A stretch of 64,000 bases of DNA, taken from Caecitellus pseudoparvulus (lineage: Eukaryota; Protista; Bigyra: Bicosoecida). The notes under the pieces were generated by a model, which was given only the letters and a program-made list of their open reading frames with translations, made no database searches and had not been told where the DNA came from. The DNA lies in NCBI GenBank assembly GCA_965644315.1, contig CBFFRQ010000067.1:812486-876485 (forward strand). Direction: 5' to 3'. How positions within the stretch are numbered: the stretch's first letter is position 1; each line of letters starts with the position of its first letter. The position numbers and the translations under genes were made by a program. Positions 58,701 to 64,000 of this stretch are shown here, piece by piece.

Positions 58701-60359
58701 ACATCCACCCAGCTGGACGCATTTAGTAGACTTGCGACGCCGACAACTTGACTGGACTGCAGTCGCAGCGCGAGGGTCGGGTCGGGCGACGTGTTCTGCC
58801 ACAGGGCCACTTGCGTAGGGTCGAGGAGGGTCTCTTGCAGGGGCATGTGCAGTACGACACGGGCAGCATGGGCAGGGGCCTGCCATGCGCGTGGGTGTGC
58901 TGCGCTGCCTGCATCGGCGCTTGGCTGGCCAGGGCCGGTGGGCAGCACTGGGTGCTGCATCACCATGCCTGAGCAAACTGCCGTCGCGTCAAGGACGGCC
59001 CACCGCCACCCACGCCATACCCGCGCCTCTGCACAGGACACTGTGGGCTCTGCATGTCCCACAGTCCACTCCACGTGCACTTGGATGGCAATGTTTGCTG
59101 GGCTGGGCAGGTTCAAGTCAGCGTCAGTGTGCTGCACGTCCCGGGCCACCCACATGACGCTGCCATTCCGCGTGTACAGCGCGTGCTCTGGTAAGGACGA
59201 AGGTATGGCGCCATTCACTGCATACCCAATGTTCCCCACCGCCAGCCAGTCCGCCTTGTATGGAAGGAAAGGCGAGGGGTCGCTGGAAGCGGGCAAGTCG
59301 CTACCGCCGAACGTCAGGTTGAAGTCCCACCGCAGAAACGCATCCTGCACCCCAACATGGGCCGCAGTGACGCCAACAGTCACGTTAGGTGTGGGCAGAA
59401 AAGAGCCTGGCGGCAAGCCCAGCGGCAGAGACACGCCACCGCCAACGCTGATTGGGCCAGCCGAGGCGCTGACGCCACTGGCTGCGCTGCCGAGCGCGTC
59501 AGACAGCGGTGTGTACGACAGGAACCGCAGGCCGCCCACCTGCGGCGTGGAGACGCCTTGCAAGGCTGTGGCTGCTATTGGCTGGACTCCAGGGACTGCA
59601 TCCCGCCAAGGCTGGCGGGGATCACCACTCGAGCCACCAAGCGCTGACGGCTCGGCGCACGTGCAGTGCACCAGCAACACGAAGCCAGCCACCGCCCAGG
59701 TGCTCCAGCCCCAAGTTTTAGAGAGCATGCGTGTACGTCGCTGCTGATCTACCGTATAACTTCGATGGGCAGCAGCACGCTCTGTGCTGCAGCTGTGCAA
59801 GCTAGAAAAAGAGTGCTTTGGTGCTCCCTGGGTGACAGGGGAGCTTGCAGAGAATGCCCAGCCCTCCATGCCCACGACCACGCCCAAGCCTGGCAAGTGG
59901 ATGGGCAAGCGCCTGCTTTGTCTTCACCCCAGAGCACGACTGCCAAGTGCCGCCCGACCTTGCCGTGGGCGGCGGGGGGAGGTGGAGTGGATGACCGCAG
60001 CGTTGCGTCGCCTGCGACGAGGGCACCGTGCTGAACTTGCCACCAATGCGAGGCCTGCAGCACCGAGATGGGGCGAACCTCTTTGAATTGCATGCCATTC
60101 TCACTTCCGCAGGTGAAGTTGGGTGGTTAGATTTGGGCCCGTAACGGTGCTCCGCGACCTGCTGTTGCCCTGTTGGTCACATGCGCCTCGTAGCCGCCCA
60201 AGCGTGTGATTTCGAATGCAAGACGGCCGGGCCGATGGTGGGGAACGATGGCTAGGGGTGCAAAGTGCTGCAACATTTCCGCCCTTGGCGTGGTGTCCAG
60301 AGCAGCTGCACTTGTTTCCCACACACCATGGAGGGCAGAAGTGTACAGCTCGCCCTTCC

Positions 60360-62849
60360 TCACGCATGCGCAGCTGCTAGGTGCATGTGGGGGGCGGAGT
60401 CACTGCCCATGGATGAGTCCACAGTGCGCGTGGAGGTGCGGGGGCCTGCCGCTGGCGGGTGGCGCGCGTCTGCTGAAGGTGGTTCAGAGTCCTCCTCCTC
60501 CGCCCCGAAGAAATCGGACGTGAAGTATGCGTGGTTGGCGGCAGGTTTGTGGGTGTCGCCGAGCAAAGAGGACAAGCCTGCCATGGCTGCTGCTTGCTTG
60601 CGTTCCCCTTGCGTCAGCGGCGCCCCTTCCCGCCGTGGGCTGGCTGTGGAGGCTGTGGTGTCGACAGCCGACCCAGCTTGGGCGTGTGGGGCAGGCCTGT
60701 CGGCGGCATCACTGCTGGCACCGTTGCGGCGCTGCTGTCCAGCATCGCTTGAGCCCACACGCAGCGAGTCAGCCATGGTGGCGACGCGGGCAGCCATGCG
60801 AGCTGCAATGTCAGCTGGGGGGCTGGTCGAGCTCGGCAGCGGCTGGGGCGGTCGTGAGGGTTCGGGGGCACGGGCAGTGTCATGGCGCGCAGCTGGGTTG
60901 GGCGTAGTGGCGAAAGACGTGTGCAGGTGCCGCGAGGCGCCGGTGCGACTTGGTGTGAAGGTGCTCGCATGCGAGAAGGTGCCCGGTCGGCTGAAGCGCT
61001 GTCCCTCCAACTCGTTCACAGCCCGGTTGAGGTGGTCGATGACTGCCGTATTGCGGCTGATGATGCCACGCGCTTCCTCCAACTGCTCTGTGAGTGTCGT
61101 GACCTTGGCCTGTGCTTGCTCCTGCAGTGACTCGGCGTCCCCGGCTCTGCGTTTCGCGTCGGCCACATCGGCCAACGCACGGCGCAAGTCGTCAGCACGG
61201 GCATTGGCCGTAAGCTCGGCTTGCTTGGCCTGGCTGGCGTGAAGCTTGACTTTGGCGCGCAGGACACGCTGGTCCTCCTTCAGGCGGGTGATGATGCGGT
61301 TGCCCTTCTCAATTTCGGAGATGCTGGTGTTCAGCTTGCCCTGCAGCTTGCCGAAGGAGGTCTTGTACAGGGCCAGGCTGTCACTCGTGCGGCCATGCGC
61401 CGACACCTCAGCCTCCAGGCGCTCCCGCACAGCCTGCAGCAGCTGCTGGCCATCTGCCACCTGCTGCTCCAGCGCCGCCACCCGCAATGTGGAGGAGGAC
61501 AAGTCTTTTTCCTGGGCCACCCGGTGCTGGCCGGCGGCCTCAGCGGCACTGCGATGGGACACCAGCTCCGCCTCGGCGGCTTCCGCCTTGCCCCGCCAGT
61601 CAGCGCCTTCCCGCTGGGCGTCCCGCAGGTCAGCCTGTAGCTGTGCCACCTGCCGCTCCAGCGCAGCACGCTGCGTGGCGCCCTCATCCACAGTGGCTCG
61701 CAGGGAAGCCAGCTCCCTGCGAGCTTCCTTGGCGGCTGACGCGAGGTCGGCGGCATGCCGCTGCGAGGCGGCTTCAGCAGCCATGGCTGCTTCTTCCCGC
61801 ACCTTGCTCAGCTCAGCGGCGTGGGTGACCTTGAGTGTGGCGGTGGTGGAGTCACTTGCGGACTGGGCAGATGCCAAGGCGGCCTCTGTGGAGGCCAGCC
61901 GATCAGCCATGCGAGAGTGGGCGTCTTGCAGTGCGTCCAGCTGGTTCTGCACCTCTGCGCCAGTGACCTTGACTTGGTGCAGGCGGGCAGCGAGGTAGGA
62001 CACCATGTCGGCATCTTGGGCTCGGCTGAGGGGCAGAGACAGGTGGGTGACGTTCTTGAACCTGTTGGTTTCCACGATGTTCAAGACTTTCTTGGTGGCA
62101 TCCTCAGTGTCGGTCAGCGTCGCAGAGTACCTGCGGCCGCGGTGGGGAGCGCGCACGTGTGGGGGAGGGCCGGTCAATTTCCGCGTTCCACGCTCAGCTC
62201 AGCAAAGGGCTGGTAGAACCGACAGCAGGCCGCATGGCCACCACGGGGCAAGGCGAGGGATAACAAGACACGCATTGGGACAGTGGCATGCGGTGTTTGG
62301 CTGCAGACACTGCAGGATGGGGAAGCCCTCGCCTCCAACGGCACGTCCCTCAGTTCAAATGCCAGGCCCGGGCAACTCACCGTGGAAACGTCGTTGCACC
62401 CGCCGTCTGCTGGCAAGCCTGCACGAGCTGGATAAACTCAGAGGGGAACTCGTTGAAGTCAACGCGGATGCCCTCGGCGTTCTTGAGCGTGTGGAACTCG
62501 TTCTCGCTGACAGTCATGGACAGCACCGCCAGCGCGGTGCTTTCGTCCGTCAGCTCGATGCGGAGAATGGCTTCACGCAGGGCGCCGTCCTGGGCGGCGG
62601 GCGAAACGCGGCGTGAAACGCGGCTCCGTCCCCAGCCTGCGCAGCAGCACCACGCACTCGTGATCCCCGCAGCACTCGAATGACATATTCATGGTGCACA
62701 GTGTCTCCCACAGCGTTGGACTCCACCACCGTCACGCGGTCTTCGAACAGCGGGCTGTCACGCAGCAGCAGCAGGCTGCCACCAGGCGATGGTGTTACGA
62801 AGGGTGCAGGAGTGCTGCCGCCGCCCACGGCAGCGCTGGGCCCCGCCAT
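60360..62849 (-). CDS. SAS6: Spindle assembly abnormal protein 6 (centriole cartwheel); exons 62849-62658, 62589-62381, 62130-60360
   Basis: Head domain LRIELTDE...ENEFHTLKNAEGIRVDFNEFP...LNIVETNRFKNVTHLSL, then a long coiled coil (EIEKGNRII) and a disordered tail. Two GT-AG introns join the exons in frame. Confidence 0.88.
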
Positions 62850-62925
62850 GATGGCGCAGTGGCAATGGCAGGCATGCGGCATGCACGGTTCATGTGGTCC
62901 GCGACTTGTGGATTGTGTGCCAGGT

Positions 62926-64000
62926 TCAGGGACTGCCCGGACTGCCGGCCGCTTGGTCAGCGATACCCAGCAGCGCCGCCAAGTCCGCAGGAGCCAGGCG
63001 CAGCGCAGTGCCCGAGTCACCAGCACAACGGACGGCAGCATCGTACACCTGTGTATAGCTCTGCAGCACCTCTCGGGCCACAGCAGTCCGCAGCCGGCGC
63101 CTGAGCAGAACGTCAACCACCCCCACCAGGCCTGGCTCCAGGTCACCCGAGTACGCCAGGGTAGCCACTGCCTCTCCTGCAGCCGCGACATCGTCAGCAG
63201 AGAGGGAGGCTGCCTCGCCCTGGGCGGCGGAAGCAGCTGTCGTCTGCAGCTGCAGGAGCCCTGTGCGAAGCAGGATGCTTGAGGCGTGGGTGGAGGCACA
63301 TCGCCGGCACCAGTACTGCACTTCCTCTGTCAGCACGCCTGCCCACGCAGCTGCTGGCGAATGTGTCTCTGAGGCACTGGCGCCTTGCAAAGCCCTGTCC
63401 ACGGCAGCCGTGCAGTTCAGCATGTACCTGTGTGGAGGCGGGGGGCTTGCCGTGTGGACGGGTGTGTGACTCGCAAGCTCGACAACGCAGCACGTACATG
63501 CACAGCTGGGGTTCCTCAAGTGCACTGCCTCGCACGTGCAGGGAGTGCAGGAGAAAGGCAGCGCCATTCGCCACGGCGTGGTGCACCATGAGACTCGGGT
63601 CAACCGCGCCTGAGCTGGGCGGCGGCACGGCCAGAAACGCAGCAAGCTCTGGAGCCAACGCATCGGAGTGCTCTGGCTCCCCCCATGCAGCACCCCAAAC
63701 AAGCGGTGCTCGGCACACCACTCAGCAGGCCAGGCCCTCCGCTGGTCTGCGCATGCCCCGCTCCCGCTGACAGTTGCCGAAGTGAGCATGCGCCGCAGCG
63801 CACCAGCTGACTCCACAGCAGCCTGAGGAGGCAGGAGATCAGAAGGCAGGGGTGCTAGCTGCTCCGACAAGCGTCGGTTCGCCTCAGCCGACGCCTTGTA
63901 CACCTGCAGCGCGGCTGCGGCAACTGCCTCGTCTGTCGCGCGCAGAATGGGGGCGTCCTCGCCTGCACCGACGAGAGCCTTGGTCAGCTGGCCATGGTAG
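62926..64000 (-). CDS. COG6: Probable conserved oligomeric Golgi complex subunit 6, 3' part (5' end outside the window); intron 63497-63428 and an apparent frameshift near 63679-63684
   Basis: PLPSDLLPP, MYMLNC, LLRTGL and the terminal R..VA.EV...Y.QVYDA......LRLAPADLAALL resemble the COG6 C-terminus. Recognised from memory, not searched. Confidence 0.55.
   Translation of the reverse strand, partial: YHGQLTKALVGAGEDAPILRATDEAVAAAALQVYKASAEANRRLSEQLAPLPSDLLPPQAAVESAGALRRMLTSATVSGSGACADQRRAWPAEWCAEHRLFGVLHGGSQSTPMRWLQSLLRFWPCRRPAQARLTRVSWCTTPWRMALPFSCTPCTCEAVHLRNPSCACTCCVVELASHTPVHTASPPPPHRYMLNCTAAVDRALQGASASETHSPAAAWAGVLTEEVQYWCRRCASTHASSILLRTGLLQLQTTAASAAQGEAASLSADDVAAAGEAVATLAYSGDLEPGLVGVVDVLLRRRLRTAVAREVLQSYTQVYDAAVRCAGDSGTALRLAPADLAALLGIADQAAGSPGSP

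Larger units (their letters stand above)
44654..59728 (-). pseudogene. Giant (~3,080 aa) surface-receptor-like gene: signal peptide, RCC1 repeats, IPT/TIG repeats, Cys-rich region, multi-TM; interrupted by the full-length Ngaro and by two homopolymer frameshifts (56485-90, 55708-12)
   Basis: MLSKTWGWSTWAVAGFVLLVHCTCA signal; many HxCA...G.V.CWG.N..GQLG RCC1 units; PxIxxVxP...G.NF TIG units; CATGHTGLRCSSC and TM helices. Excising the element restores NATVRG-SAEGRATF in frame. Confidence 0.82.

Overview
GC-rich eukaryotic genomic DNA from a centriole-bearing protist, with short GT-AG introns, mostly GTGCG donors. It looks stramenopile/bicosoecid-like, but that is inference. Host genes: cytoplasmic dynein-1 heavy chain, a MAP3K-type kinase with an MGCC lipidation start, a five-unit ~2.69-kb tandem array amplifying an ankyrin-repeat gene, a Cys-rich multi-TM protein, a coiled-coil protein, an ankyrin + XK-like membrane protein, a NUDT2-like Nudix hydrolase, a ~3,080-aa RCC1/IPT-TIG/multi-TM receptor-like gene, SAS-6 and a probable COG6 3' part. 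The main result is a pair of near-identical Ngaro-type tyrosine-recombinase (YR) retrotransposons with A1-ORFs-B1-A2-B2 split direct repeats. The full-length copy (46971-52797, +) interrupts the giant receptor gene. The 1.93-kb copy (29680-31611, -) interrupts an ankyrin gene and lacks exactly the GT...AG segment 47480-51368, which fuses the ORF1 N-terminus in frame to the recombinase. The short copy therefore looks like a re-integrated spliced mRNA. It suggests a retrovirus-like expression scheme: Gag from unspliced RNA, Gag-Pol possibly by UAG readthrough (RT follows the ORF1 amber codon in frame), and YR from a spliced RNA. Several frameshifts lie in homopolymer runs and may be sequencing errors.
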